This document shows, piece after piece, positions 35,150 through 47,040 of a DNA stretch of 47,086 nt. A program made the translations under genes and the position numbers. Source of the stretch: Octopus bimaculoides (Eukaryota); assembly GCF_001194135.2 (NCBI RefSeq), contig NC_068990.1:360893-407978 (forward strand), given 5' to 3'. Under the pieces are notes generated by a model. That model saw only the letters and a program-made list of their open reading frames with translations, searched no databases and was not told the DNA's origin. Within the stretch, counting starts at the first letter, position 1. Each line of letters opens with the position of its first letter.

Positions 35150-37015
35150 GCACATACAGAAAATTGAAGAGAACATAAAAGGAAAAAATACAACATATGT
35201 CGAAATTCCAAAACCTACAGACTTGAAACTATGTCCAATCATTGTAGGACCTACATCAAAAACACAACGCAGCTTGGTAGATATAATTAATTTTAAAACG
35301 TTTATGCAAAATGGTACTAAGCTTTGTCCAGGATGATATGGACTTTCTATATTATATGCCTAAAAGTGTCCAACAGGAAACAATTCCCGTTAGTTTTGAT
35401 GTAACTAGTTTATACACCAATATACCACACGACCTAGGAATTGAACCGCAAATTTCTGGTTGAGAAAACAACCAAACCATATCAAGGTAAGATTTTCAAG
35501 AAACTTTATTTTAGAAAGATTAAATTAGTACTTCAAAACAGTCACTTCTTTGACAATAACTTTTATTTACATATAAAAGGAACAACGATGGTGACAAAAT
35601 AGCCCCCACTTACGCAATACTCATAATGGGCTTCTTAGAGGACAAACTTTATTTTCAATTTCCAGAAACATTTATCCAACAATTCTCAATTTACATAATG
35701 AACAATTGGAAACAGTGTTTGGATGACTGCTTTATATTTTGGAGCAAAAATCAAAGAGACCCAGATATCTTTCACTCACTTTTAAATGAACTACATTTCT
35801 CGATAAAGTTTAAAGAATGGCACTCAAAGGAATTACAATTTTTGAACACCATTAAAACTGATTTTTCTATGAACCCACAGGTACACACTAATACTTCAAT
35901 TTTCATTCCTCCCAACCCTCACATACAAAAAGAAGTATACCATTTATTATGGAAAAATGTGTTTGCACTATAGTAATAGACGCCACACGAAAGGACAAAA
36001 GATTGCAAGAATAAAAACATTTATAGAAAAATAAAAATATCCTACTAGACTTGACTCAGCAATTACCAAAGCGAAAAACATCCCAACGACAGAACTTAAA
36101 AGAAAACAAACACATAAAATTAGAAATGAACTCATATACATTTCTTTTGTCATTACTCACAACCCAAGAAACCATGACATTCTCAATACCGCTAAGAGAT
36201 ATCTCCCAGTTCTTCAACAGTAGTCGAGAATTAACAAGCTAATGACAAAATCAAGAATAACATGTTGGAGACGCCAAGCAACCAACCTAAAAAAAGCTTT
36301 TCACTAAAGCAATATTTACAAAAGAAGCAAGATAGAGTCAAAAAGCAACTGAGAAAGTCAACAAGGAAGGCAATATAGTTACAAAATGCGGAACGTGCAA
36401 TTACGTTGAAGAAGGAAAACAAATCACCTTTAAAAACATCACTATAAGGCGGACACCCCACAAAATAGACTGTCTCCCACCACCATCCCCAATATATATC
36501 CATTCACACACATTGTACCCCAACACATATATAGCCCCCCCCCCCGCACACAAATTACATACCGCACGCTAATATAACACCCGAACCTCACGACCTTATC
36601 CTTTACAGAAAGAAAACAGACCAACAGAAAAAGAACAGATCCCGGAAAAATTAGGCACATGACACCACTACATATATCACAATTTCATCCCCTCAGGAGC
36701 GCAACATTTAATAATACGCCCCAACAAACACATTAAGATAACCCTTGTTAGTCTCACAGCGTACTCAACCAAGAGGCATAACTCCTATTTCCCTGGCCCA
36801 TTTTCGTTTCACCACTCTTTTTCACAGCAGTCGCTGACAGGTTGTCGTAATCCACCTCCGACAATAGAGAGCAGTCGCCATATTCCTTTCCACACCGGCT
36901 AACTTTGATGAGCGTAAGGTTGTATAATCGGATTGTTACCTAACACTCTATTGTATTCTTTGCGCGAAACCGACTGGTAAGATCAGCCGTGATGGATATA
37001 TAATACTATATTTCG
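35150..37015 (+). mobile_element. Penelope-like retroelement, decayed, with a hammerhead-bearing 3' region
   Basis: KLCPIIVGPTS, SFDVTSLYTNIPHDLG, KGTTMVTK..PTYA.LIMGFLE, WKQCLDDCFIFW and GTCNYVEEGK (the GIY-YIG domain is largely deleted). Confidence 0.85.
36897..36988 (+). ncRNA. Type I hammerhead ribozyme-like motif with an extended stem-loop II (C3U variant)
   Basis: GGCUAACU-UUGAUGA-GCGUAAGG(38 nt)CUUUGCGC-GAAA-CC(GACU)GG-UA-AGAUCAGCC. 8-bp stem II, a properly closed stem III and a GUA site. Confidence 0.7.
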
Positions 37016-37739
37016 GATTATATATATATATATATNNNNNNNNNNNNNNNNNNNNNNNNNNNNNNNNNNNNNNNNNNNNNNNNNNNNNNNNNNNNNNNNN
37101 NNNNNNNNNNNNNNNNNNNNNNNNNNNNNNNNNNNNNNNNNNNNNNNNNNNNNNNNNNNNNNNNNNNNNNNNNNNNNNNNNNNNNNNNNNNNNNNNNNNN
37201 NNNNNNNNNNNNNNNNNNNNNNNNNNNNNNNNNNNNNNNNNNNNNNNNNNNNNNNNNNNNNNNNNNNNNNNNNNNNNNNNNNNNNNNNNNNNNNNNNNNN
37301 NNNNNNNNNNNNNNNNNNNNNNNNNNNNNNNNNNNNNNNNNNNNNNNNNNNNNNNNNNNNNNNNNNNNNNNNNNNNNNNNNNNNNNNNNNNNNNNNNNNN
37401 NNNNNNNNNNNNNNNNNNNNNNNNNNNNNNNNNNNNNNNNNNNNNNNNNNNNNNNNNNNNNNNNNNNNNNNNNNNNNNNNNNNNNNNNNNNNNNNNNNNN
37501 NNNNNNNNNNNNNNNNNNNNNNNNNNNNNNNNNNNNNNNNNNNNNNNNNNNNNNNNNNNNNNNNNNNNNNNNNNNNNNNNNNNNNNNNNNNNNNNNNNNN
37601 NNNNNNNNNNNNNNNNNNNNNNNNNNNNNNNNNNNNNNNNNNNNNNNNNNNNNNNNNNNNNNNNNNNNNNNNNNNNNNNNNNNNNNNNNNNNNNNNNNNN
37701 NNNNNNNNNNNNNNNNNNNNNNCAATGGTTGCTCACCGA

Positions 37740-37968
37740 AGGATCCTAGGGTTGGGGAAGGGGAGGTGGATCTCCCGGTTACGGAGGAAACCCGCCCTTC
37801 CTCAGTAAGAAAGAAAAAAAAAAGAGGAGGAAAAAGAAAAACGGGACATTGCCGACAGTCGGTAACACAATACCGGCATGTCCCGGAACTTCGTCGGTGG
37901 GAATTGTGCCACCGACGGGTGAAGAGCCATCGTCGGTGGGACGTTAAATGATGATGATGATGATGATG
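37740..37968 (+). mobile_element. 3' end of a non-LTR retroposon with an (ATG)n tail
   Basis: GC-rich hairpins followed by GGGACGTTAA(ATG)7. The 5' part is lost in a gap. Confidence 0.55.
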
Positions 37969-37969
37969 C

Positions 37970-38130
37970 CAGCTTAATGTAAACTTTCATACTAAGACAA
38001 ATAAAAATAAGAACTGCAAAAAATTCAGTGTAAAGTAATATTTCATGCATAAATATTTTATCATGCGGCCCTCTCCCACTTGGAAATAGTACAATGCGGC
38101 CCCCAGTCAGCGAAAAGTTGCCCATTCCTG
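37970..38130. mobile_element. hAT (Charlie-like) element end
   Basis: Ends TGCGGCCC...AAGTTGCCCATTCCTG, followed by CTCTAGAT, which fits the NTCTAGAN target preference of Charlie-type hATs. The other end was not found. Confidence 0.55.
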
Positions 38131-38138
38131 CTCTAGAT

Positions 38139-38660
38139 GAACTCCGCATCTCCATCGCACTCTGAATGGGAGCTGACATCTGTAGGGGACTGAGATGTCA
38201 CTATGGTAGGCCTCTCGACCCAATAGGTCTTCAGGGTCTGTCTCGCCGCCTAAATGCTGGTCGCTTCGCTCGTCACACCGAGCTAAACCTAATCATTAAG
38301 CGGGTTCTGGCTCGCATTAATATCTCCTCAGTTCTGGAGCCGTGGGGATTATCCAGAAGTAATGGAAAGAGACCAGATGGTCTTACCCTCTATCCCCGGG
38401 CTAGAGGTAGGTGCCTCATTTGGGATGCCACAGGCTGCAGCACCTTTACTCCCTCCCACATCCTGGGTGCTGCAGTTAATGGGAGGGTCACTACTTCCGC
38501 AGCCGAACGGAAGAAAACCCTGACGTATCGTGACTTGGCAGTGAACTATCTCTTCCAACCTGTGGCGTTTGAGGCGCTCGGAGGGACTGGACCACTAACC
38601 GCGAAGTTCTTGTCAACATTGGCAGCTCGCTTCACCGAGGTGTCAGATGATGCCAGTTGC
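38139..38660 (+). pseudogene. CRE-clade non-LTR retrotransposon C-terminus (zinc knuckle plus RLE endonuclease)
   Basis: LRISIAL*MGADIC..C....D..G...LS...GR..RH..LN.II.R.L...LEP.GL.R..GKRPDGLTL.P..RGRCLIWDAT...AAERKK..Y..L...Y.FQPVAFEALG. Confidence 0.85.
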
Positions 38661-39066
38661 TGTGATAAAAACAGAGAGATTTGGAAGAATTAGATGTAAG
38701 TTCTCCGGTAATTTTCTTTCTTGTAAAGAAATGATTATGTTAATTCAAAAATTTGCCAGCAAAATCTTATAAAATGACAATGTTCCCAAAGATGTTTATA
38801 TGTTTATATGTTATAGACTCTAAAATACCTGTTTCAAAAGCGCTTTTAAACAAAAAACTCACAAAAGAGTCACCGTACGTAAACAACTAACAACCTATAA
38901 CCGTCCAATGATTAAAGTGGCAAAATTATCATAAAAACCATTTCTATTCATTTAAAAAATATATATATAATACTGTCACTAGGACTCGCTATTTCTTGTT
39001 CTTATATCATTTGTAAAAAAGCATAAATCCGAAAGAAGAAGCTCACTCTAAGATGTAGAGCAGGAT

Positions 39067-39200
39067 ATATCAAAAATAGGGAAAGACCGGTTTATGGGAT
39101 TCCCTTAGGTTTCCCGTCCATAAAGGGTCCAGCTTTATCGCGTATCGCCAGATCCCTCAAAACCTAAGGTAATCCCATAAACCGGTCTTCCCCATTTTTG

Positions 39201-39204
<4 letters not shown>
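39067..39204. mobile_element. 138-bp MITE-like hairpin with a partial third arm at 39238-39296
   Basis: ATATCAAAAATAGGGAAAGACCGGTTTATGGGATTCCCTTAGGTTT pairs with about 39160-39204. Confidence 0.75.
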
Positions 39205-39238
<34 letters not shown>

Positions 39239-39988
39239 ATGGGGGAGGCCAGTTTATGGGATTACTCTGGGCTTCCCGTCCATAAAGGATTTACCTTCTG
39301 CTCCGGATTTGTTTTCTACAAACGATATATACATATATATACATATATATGTACATGCGTTTTACTCCATTCCCTAAATTTATATATACTCAAGTACCCA
39401 AAATAACAAGGAGTTTCTACCTCATAAACAGGAGTTACACCACAGTCATTTTGTGATCTTTGCTACCCTGGTAGCTATTAACCAATTTATTTTGTCCGAG
39501 TTAATTATTAACTTAGAGAAAATAAATACATATAATAATACACACACACACACACACACANNNNNNNNNNNNNNNNNNNNNNNNNNNNNNNNNNNNNNNN
39601 NNNNNNNNNNNNNNNNNNNNNNNNNNNNNNNNNNNNNNNNNNNNNNNNNNNNNNNNNNNNNNNNNNNNNNNNNNNNNNNNNNNNNNNNNNNNNNNNNNNN
39701 NNNNNNNNNNNNNNNNNNNNNNNNNNNNNNNNNNNNNNNNNNNNNNNNNNNNNNNNNNNNNNNNNNNNNNNNNNNNNNNNNNNNNNNNNNNNNNNNNNNN
39801 NNNNNNNNNNNNNNNNNNNNNNNNNNNNNNNNNNNNNNNNNNNNNNNNNNNNNNNNNNNNNNNNNNNNNNNNNNNNNNNNNNNNNNNNNNNNNNNNNNNN
39901 NNNNNNNNNNNNNNNNNNNNNNNNNNNNNNNNNNNNNNNNNNNNNNNNNNNNNNNNNNNNNNNNNNNNNNNNNNNNNNNNNNNNNNNN

Positions 39989-40034
<46 letters not shown>

Positions 40035-41104
40035 CCACCCAAAATAAGTTTAAACCAATTCCACCGTTTTTATTTATTTTGCAAAGCGAAATACTGTCCC
40101 TTTAGCTATACACATCTTACCACTTACCACTATCTCCAGGAATAATAGAGCTGCGCTGATTTCCTTCGTATTTCACTTTGAGATTATACTAATACAACAG
40201 GTATGTCTTGTAAACTATGTAAACTAATTCCTTTAATTTAAAGATATGTTTTTGGCTAGGGCAACACTGTGTTACAAGATGATTTAAAAAAATTATTATA
40301 ATCATATAATTGTTTACCTTTATTTTTCACCTGCGTACTATTTATTGCCTTTAATATTAAATATTGTATATGTTTAGATGTTAAAATACCACGGGAATTA
40401 ATGCTTGTTATATATATATGTAGTAGAATTAATGATTTATTTATTCGTATGTTGGATTCGTTGCTTGAGCCTACGGTGGTGGAAAAAAACATAAAGCAAC
40501 CCCAAAACAAAACATGCTTTTATTTTGCTATTAAGTTAAGAAGCACACACAAGAAAAGAACGAAAACGAAGGTTATGAGTGTAAGCTTGCTTGTTTGTCT
40601 CTCACCGATTGACAACCGGTGTTGGCTTGTTTACGTCCCCATCATGTAACAGATGAGCAAAAAAATGATACTGATAAAATAGAAAAATAAGTACTCGACG
40701 TAAAAATAAAAATTAAGGCACTGTCATGGTATTAGCTGTCAGAAGTGAAAGTGCTCACTGCTAGTGAAGTATCTGTCTGCCTGCCTGTCTGCCTGCATGC
40801 CTGCTGCTGGCCTGTCTGTCTGCTTGCCTGCTGAGCTATCTGTGTGTCCGTCTGTCTGTCTGCCTGCTGGTTTGAGTTGATACTTTGGCTTACTTACTTA
40901 CTGATATCTATCTATTATCTATCAATCACTCGTCCACCTTATTAGAAAACACAAATTTAATATAAAAACAGATTTCCTGAAATTGCAAATATAATTTTCA
41001 ACAGAGAGAATTTATTAAAAAAATGAAAACAAATGAAGTTTGAAGTTAAGTTTCAAAATAAATGTGATACTTATGCTTCGTCGATACTTATACTCTGTAA
41101 TGTT

Positions 41105-41794
41105 TCAAACGCATGGATCTAGGTGTCGAATTTGTTCCAATAACTTCTGGAAGATCTCGTCCTTGAATTCGTAACGCCACATGAATTCTATTAGATGTGT
41201 TTGCAGTGAATTCCGGGCTGTCCCATTTTCTCTTTTGTTCCTGTTCTTGACATGTTTCCATAGGCATTCGATGTGATTTGTTGTGGCAAATGTAACCGGA
41301 TCAACAAAATTTATTGAATGGTTCACGGTTAAATGTATAAATCCTAGCTGGTTTAGTGTATTATACGAACGCCAGAGGTCAGAAATTACTGTTGTTCCCG
41401 GTAATATCTGCTCTTGTATAATTTCTAAAAGGGTGTCTGCTGACCGGTCTTCCACTGTCACCAAAAAACATCTCGTATCTCTTTCTAAAGCACCAAACAC
41501 CCACTGCGTTTTAACCCGATGGCCAACATTATATTTTCTTCTAACAAACGCACTTTCATCTATCTCTACTATTCGGTTTGGTCCGCCTAACTTAATATTT
41601 TGCGCAATATAATACTCTGCACATACATCACGGCAGTAATTCCTCCAATCTGTTACAGCTACATTTGCTATACGACATTCCTGGCCTAAATTCTTAGCTA
41701 AATCTCCTTTTGCCCAATAATATAATATATCTATAATTTGCTCGCATTTCAATTTGCTATTATCTAGAAATGTTCCCTTTCTAATGGAAATCAT
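41105..41794 (-). CDS. Merlin/ISXO2-like (IS1016-type) DDE transposase, N-terminally truncated ORF (229 aa)
   Basis: SIRKGTF, LGGPNRIVEIDES, GHR..QWVFG..ER, PGTTVISDLWRSY, HLTVNHS..FVDP, TNHIECLW and HL.EFMWR. No internal stop. Confidence 0.88.
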   Translation of the reverse strand: MISIRKGTFLDNSKLKCEQIIDILYYWAKGDLAKNLGQECRIANVAVTDWRNYCRDVCAEYYIAQNIKLGGPNRIVEIDESAFVRRKYNVGHRVKTQWVFGALERDTRCFLVTVEDRSADTLLEIIQEQILPGTTVISDLWRSYNTLNQLGFIHLTVNHSINFVDPVTFATTNHIECLWKHVKNRNKRENGTARNSLQTHLIEFMWRYEFKDEIFQKLLEQIRHLDPCV

Positions 41795-42496
41795 TTTTCT
41801 ACAAGGCCTTCATAACCGAAGGGGGTCTTTACTTTACCATATGTGTGTCCTCTCTCCATATCACTTGACAATCGATATTGGTTTATTTCCGTCCCCGTAA
41901 TAAAGCAGTGCAGTAAAAGAGTCTCTTAGAAAAAGTAAGTTTCAGAGAAAGAAACCTAGCTGTTTCTTACAATACATACAGCTAAAGCAAAATTTTTTCA
42001 GGGGTCCCTTAAAATACTACAGTGGATCCCCAATTTATTATTTTGTTGTGTGGCCCCCTAAAAAGTTTATATGAACCTTCAGGGGCCATATGAATTCCAG
42101 ATGAGAACCACTAGTACAGAACAAGCACGGACAACCTTTGTTCGAAAAGCGGACCACATGAAACATGCTTCATCATTTGGCGGGCTGCACTGCTAAAAAA
42201 ATGTCAAAGTAATTTTTCGTCAGGCGCACCGTGCCATTAAGTAAGTCCCTGTGGGCTGTAGGTTGCCCATAGTATGAACAACGGCACTTACCCATGATGC
42301 AACTTAGTGGGATAGAACCTACACCGCGAGGTTGGGAGGCGAACTTTTAACTATTCGTCCATATTGTATATGCATAAGAGCAAGTTAAATGAGAGGAGGC
42401 GAAAGATAGATAATCAATATTTCCAATTGATTATTTTATTATTTTTTTTAACTGCTATCGATCTCTGTCATCCCCGCATCCTTACGTATTTTCATA

Positions 42497-42869
42497 TTCT
42501 TTTATTCTTTTATTAGATTGCGGCCTTGCTGGAGCACTACCTAGAATTTTTCTTTTTAGTTGAACAGATCGACCCAGTACTTATTTTTGAAAGTCTGGTA
42601 CTTATTCTATCGGTTTTTGCTGAACCGGTATGTTACGGGGACGTAAATAAACTAACACAGGTCGTTAAGCGGTGGGATGGCAGATACAAACACGAAGACA
42701 CACACTCACACACACATAACGAAAGGCTTCTTTCAGTCTCCGTCTACCAACCGGCTCACAAGGCCTGGTTCTATAGTAGAAGACACTTACTCAAGGTGTA
42801 ACGCACTAGGACTGAACCTGAAACCATGTGGTTGGGAAGCAAACATCTTACCACACAGTCATGCCTGCG
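42497..42869 (-). mobile_element. SINE family A, near full length
   Basis: Minus-strand head CGCAGGCATGACTGTGTGGTAAGATG...CACCTTGAGTAAGTGTCTT and tail GCAAGGCCGCAATC. Confidence 0.85.
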
Positions 42870-42993
42870 TAAAATATTTTTTTTAGCTCTCTTCCGGTCG
42901 TTCAGTTGCGTAAAATGCATTTATAAACAAGAATATAACGCCTGCATTTGTGTTTACTTATCTATTATCTTCAAAAATATATAAAACTAAGAA

Positions 42994-44187
42994 TCGAGTT
43001 GTCCGGAAAGTTCATGCCGATTTTTAACCGTTCATGTTCCAACACGTTAGAACACGTCAAATTTATCGACATATAATATGCTACCATTCCGGTTAGCGCA
43101 CACTTCAAACTATCTTTTGAGAAAGAAAGTTTAATATTACTTAATTCATGTCAATCTTGCATCCCTATGAAAATGGAAGATTATAAGGTGCATTTTAGAC
43201 ACGTGATGCTTTTTTTTATTAATCGTAAAGACAAAAATGCCTCGCAAATAACAAAAAAGATATGTACTGTGTACGGTGAAGGTACTTTAGCTGACAGAAC
43301 TGTACGGAAGTGGTTCGCTAAGTTTAGAGCTGATGATTGTAGCTTCATCGATGCTCAGGCAGACACCCACTCCCATAGGATAACGACCAAATCAAGACAT
43401 TGATTGAGAATAACCCACATTACACAACACGGGAATTGATAGAAACACTAAATTTATCAAAATCCACCATCCATGAGCACTTATTGAAGCTTGAGTACTC
43501 AAATCGCTACGATGTTTGGGTACCAAATGATCTGAGTGAAAAGAATCTTTTGGGTGACATTTCTATCTGTGTCTTACTGTATAAACGCAATGAAAATGCG
43601 CCTTTTTTGAAGCAAATTGTAACGGGTAATGAGAAATGGGTAGTTTGCGACAATGTTCAGCGAAAAAGATCCTAGAGTAAGCGACATGAGCCACCTTTAG
43701 CTACCCTAAAAGCAGGTCTTCATCCTAAGAAAGTTATGCTCTGCATCGGGTGGGATTGGAAAGGAATCCTGTACTATGAGCTTCTGCCAAGTAACCAATC
43801 AATTAATTCTGAGAAGTTTTGCTTGTAACTGGACGATTTAAAGGCAGCAATTCAAGAAAAACGCCCAGAATTGGCGAACAGGAAAGGTATTTTCAGGATA
43901 ATGCCAGCCCTCACGTTTCTTTGGCGACTCGTCAAAAATTGTTGCAGCTTGGCTGGGATGTATTACTCCACCCACCATATTCACCAGTCATTGCTCCTTC
44001 GGATGAGTTTTTTTGTCAAGAAACCATCGAAATTCTGGGACGAGGAAATCTTTAAGTTGAAGGAAAGCTGGGGAAAGGTTGTGCAACAAAATGGTTCATA
44101 TTTAATTGAATAAATATTTAATGGCATAATTTTGTTTTGCCTTTTAATTTCCCTTAAAAATCGGCACGAACTTTCCAGACAACCCAA
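42994..44187 (+). mobile_element. mariner-family transposon with an internal 3' deletion
   Basis: TIRs TCGAGTTGTCCGGAAAGTTCATGCCGATTTTTAA and the reverse-complement TTGGGTTGTCTGGAAAGTTCGTGCCGATTTTTAA. TA on the right flank. Confidence 0.9.
43167..44113 (+). pseudogene. mariner transposase pseudogene
   Basis: VRKWFAKF, DVWVPNDL, IVTGNEKWV, LHPKKVMLCIGWD, FQDNASPH and LHPPYSPVIAPSD. First catalytic D reads N; frameshifts and stops. Confidence 0.9.
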
Positions 44188-44794
44188 TAGTTCTCCATCA
44201 CAGTTCCTAACAGAACTTATATAAGTACAGTTATATACTGGCGGGCCCTTCATTAGTGCCATCATATTTAATGTAGTGAAGAATTAGAGGAAATGCAATT
44301 AACTCTTTCACTGTCCTGTATATCACATGAAATACATATTTCCCTAGCATCCATGCATGGTATATGATACACGTTCCCAATCTTTTTTCAACTACCAGAG
44401 TAACTTGGGACTTATGAAAGGAAAGCTTTACTATGTTACTTAGAAAGTATGACACAGAGTTAACGTAGTGTGGAAACATGGACGTTTAGGACAAACTTGA
44501 AACTTATGAAAAATGCTTTGGACAGGTAAAGGGGTTTTATATTACGTAGGATGTAAGGCGGCGAGAATTTATCTGTCTGCGATATCATGTACAACATTTG
44601 GTGCTTGTCGAAAATGGTTTTATGGGACAGAGTTACATGGAATATTCTGTTTGTGTTTCAAACGAAAATTGATGGCAATATCATATATTGCTAAGAGTAA
44701 GCTAGCTGGAGTGATTCCAATTCTTTCATACACCAGAATGGATCTTGGGTTTGCGTCTACCTCAACAGTGCAAATTAATCTTGTTTCCCAATCA

Positions 44795-44836
<42 letters not shown>

Positions 44837-45261
44837 NNNNNNNNNNTATATAATGTAAACTAATTGCTTTCTGTACCTTTCTCGCCTACCACGGCACAAA
44901 ACTTGGCGTGTCGTGGTGGTGATGGTGGTGGGTCAGCTCGACAATCGAGTGGCCATATTTATGAAAAGTATTTCCAGTCCTCAACATCCCGTTTAAAAAG
45001 TTTTTTTTGTAAGCATTTCGCATCCCAGACTACGTTATTCGATGTGTTCTTTCTTAGACAGCGGGTTATAATTTAGAGCATGGTTTGCCTGCTATTTCTT
45101 CCTTGTCGAACAACCATGTAGAGACTCCCACACTAGCTCTACGTTGTGTTCTGTAGCTGGGATCGTTCTTGTTCGTCGTATTGCATTGGTAGAGATACAG
45201 CTGATCAATAAGAATTATCGATTGATTTATTAGTTGCGGCCGATCTGACTTTTCATTATAA

Positions 45262-45400
45262 TTCACATTCCGCCAAGGTCGACTTACCTTCCATCCTTTC
45301 GGGTTCGGTGAATTAATTGACAGTCGAGCAGTGGGGTCGATGTAATCGATTAGACCCCCTCCCACCAAATTTCAGACCTTGTATCTTTAGTGGACAGGAT
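45262..45400 (+). mobile_element. SINE family B 3' half
   Basis: TTCCGCCAAGGTCGACTTACCTTCCATCCTTTCGGG...GGGGTCGATGTAATCGA. Confidence 0.7.
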
Positions 45401-45789
45401 TAGAGTGAAGTAGTTGGATTTAGGAGAGGACAGAGGGGGCTAGGCTTGATACTATGTTATGACTAAAGCTTGAACCATGTTGTCTATACATTAAAGTAAA
45501 CCTAAAGTTTGTCGTTGAAACTTTGGTAAATCTTAGGAATAGCATAATTAAAACCCTTAAACTTGTTACCAAATACTAGGCCTCACTAGTATCAAAAACG
45601 CATCAGCTCAAAAACAAACAAAAAAATAAACCCCAAAACCTGAGCTTCTTCTTCATGGTTAGAACATATTTCAGTTGTTACAATACTCCTGTAACATACC
45701 TGCTATAGAGTACTGCTTGCTACATCTGGGACAGTACTGCTGTGACGCTCACACAAACTTCTACGACTGTATCTAACTGAACTGATATT

Positions 45790-46188
45790 GATTTCAAGTT
45801 TTGGCACAAGGCCAGCAATTTCGAGATGGGGATAAATCGATCACATCGACCCCAGTTTTCAACTGGTACTTATTTTATTGACCCTTAAAGGATGAAAGGC
45901 AAAGTCAACTTCGGCGAAATTTCAACTTAGAACCTAAAAACGGACGAAATCCTGAGAAGCATTTTACCCGGCTTGCTAACGATTCTGTTAGCTAGCCAGT
46001 AATTTAAGGGGAGGGTGTTTGTCGATTACCTCGAGCCCAGTGTTCAACTGGTACTTATTTTATCGATCCCGAAAGGATGAAAGGCAAAATCAACCTTGGC
46101 AGAATTTGAACTCAGAGCGTAAAGACGGGCGAAATGCTGCGAAGAAGTTTGCCCGTCGTGCTAACGATTCTACCAGCTCTCTGCCTTG
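45790..46188 (-). mobile_element. Two tandem SINE family B copies (45790-45998 and about 45998-46188)
   Basis: Each carries CTGGTACTTATTTTAT...GGATGAAAGGCAAA...GCTAACGATTCT on the plus strand. Confidence 0.85.
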
Positions 46189-46580
46189 CATCTAAACAAA
46201 CATATTAAAAAGAATTCACTCATTAACACTTCAGCTTATATATCACTACTACAACGGTTTCTTTGAACCTGCTGATTACATACCTCCACCTCCACCTCAG
46301 ATTGTCCGCTTCTCTCACCATTTTCACAGGTCTTCCCCCTGTGCTCTAATCCTTTGTTCTCGGTGCGTCGTCCACTCCATGGAATTCAGTCCCGCCTTCG
46401 TTTTACTTGCAGTCGGCGATTTTCAGGAATTCAAGAGCTCTCCTCGACGCAGCTGTTGTTTAAAGACCCATGCTAATCTCGGCCAAACCAATCGAGATCA
46501 AAGTTATTCCTGTCTTGATGATCCCATCTTTTTCTGTGTCTAATGCTATGTGAAGAAAACAGAAAAAAGAAGAAAACAAT

Positions 46581-47040
46581 ACAGGCGCAGGCGTGTCTGT
46601 GTAGTAAGAAGCTTCCTTCTTACCATATGACTCTGGGTTCAGTCCCACTGCGTGGCACTTTGGACAGGTGTCTTTTACTATAGTGTCGGACCGACCAAAG
46701 TGTAGTGAGCAGATTTGGTTGACGGAAATTGAAAAAGGCCGTCGTGTACATACATACATACATACATACATACATACATGCATGCATGCATGCGTCAGTG
46801 CGTGCGTGCGTGTGTGTATGCGTGTGTCTTTGTGTCTGTCCCCTACCAATGCTTGATAACCGGTATTGGTGTGTTTACGTCCCCCGTAACGTATTGGTTC
46901 GGCACAAAGACACTAATAGAATAAGTTCCAAGCTTAACAAAAATAAGTATAAAGCTCGATTCATTCGACTAAAAATTCAAGGCGGTGCCCCAGCATGGCC
47001 GCAGTCTAATGATTGAAACAAGTAAAAAGAAAAAAGAAAA
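46581..47040 (+). mobile_element. SINE family A, full length
   Basis: Head AGGCGCAGGCGTGTCTGTGTAGTAAG...GGTTCAGTCCCACTGCGTGGCAC, an internal TACA/TGCG microsatellite and tail GCATGGCCGCAGTCTAATGATTGAAACAAGTAAAAAG. Confidence 0.9.

Noticed and set aside
37872-37945. HDV-like ribozyme, suggested by CCGGCATGTCCC...GGGAC
   Set aside because: The nested P1/P3/P1.1 pseudoknot and the catalytic J4/2 segment could not be built; kept only as a hairpin-rich tail.
44486-44530. Possible 36-nt micro-exon (TTTAG...CAG/GTAAAG)
   Set aside because: Weak polypyrimidine tract, no partner exons and no recognisable peptide; RNA-seq is needed.
46290-46550. GC-richer stretch with a partly open minus-strand frame
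   Set aside because: Contains stops and no identifiable motif.
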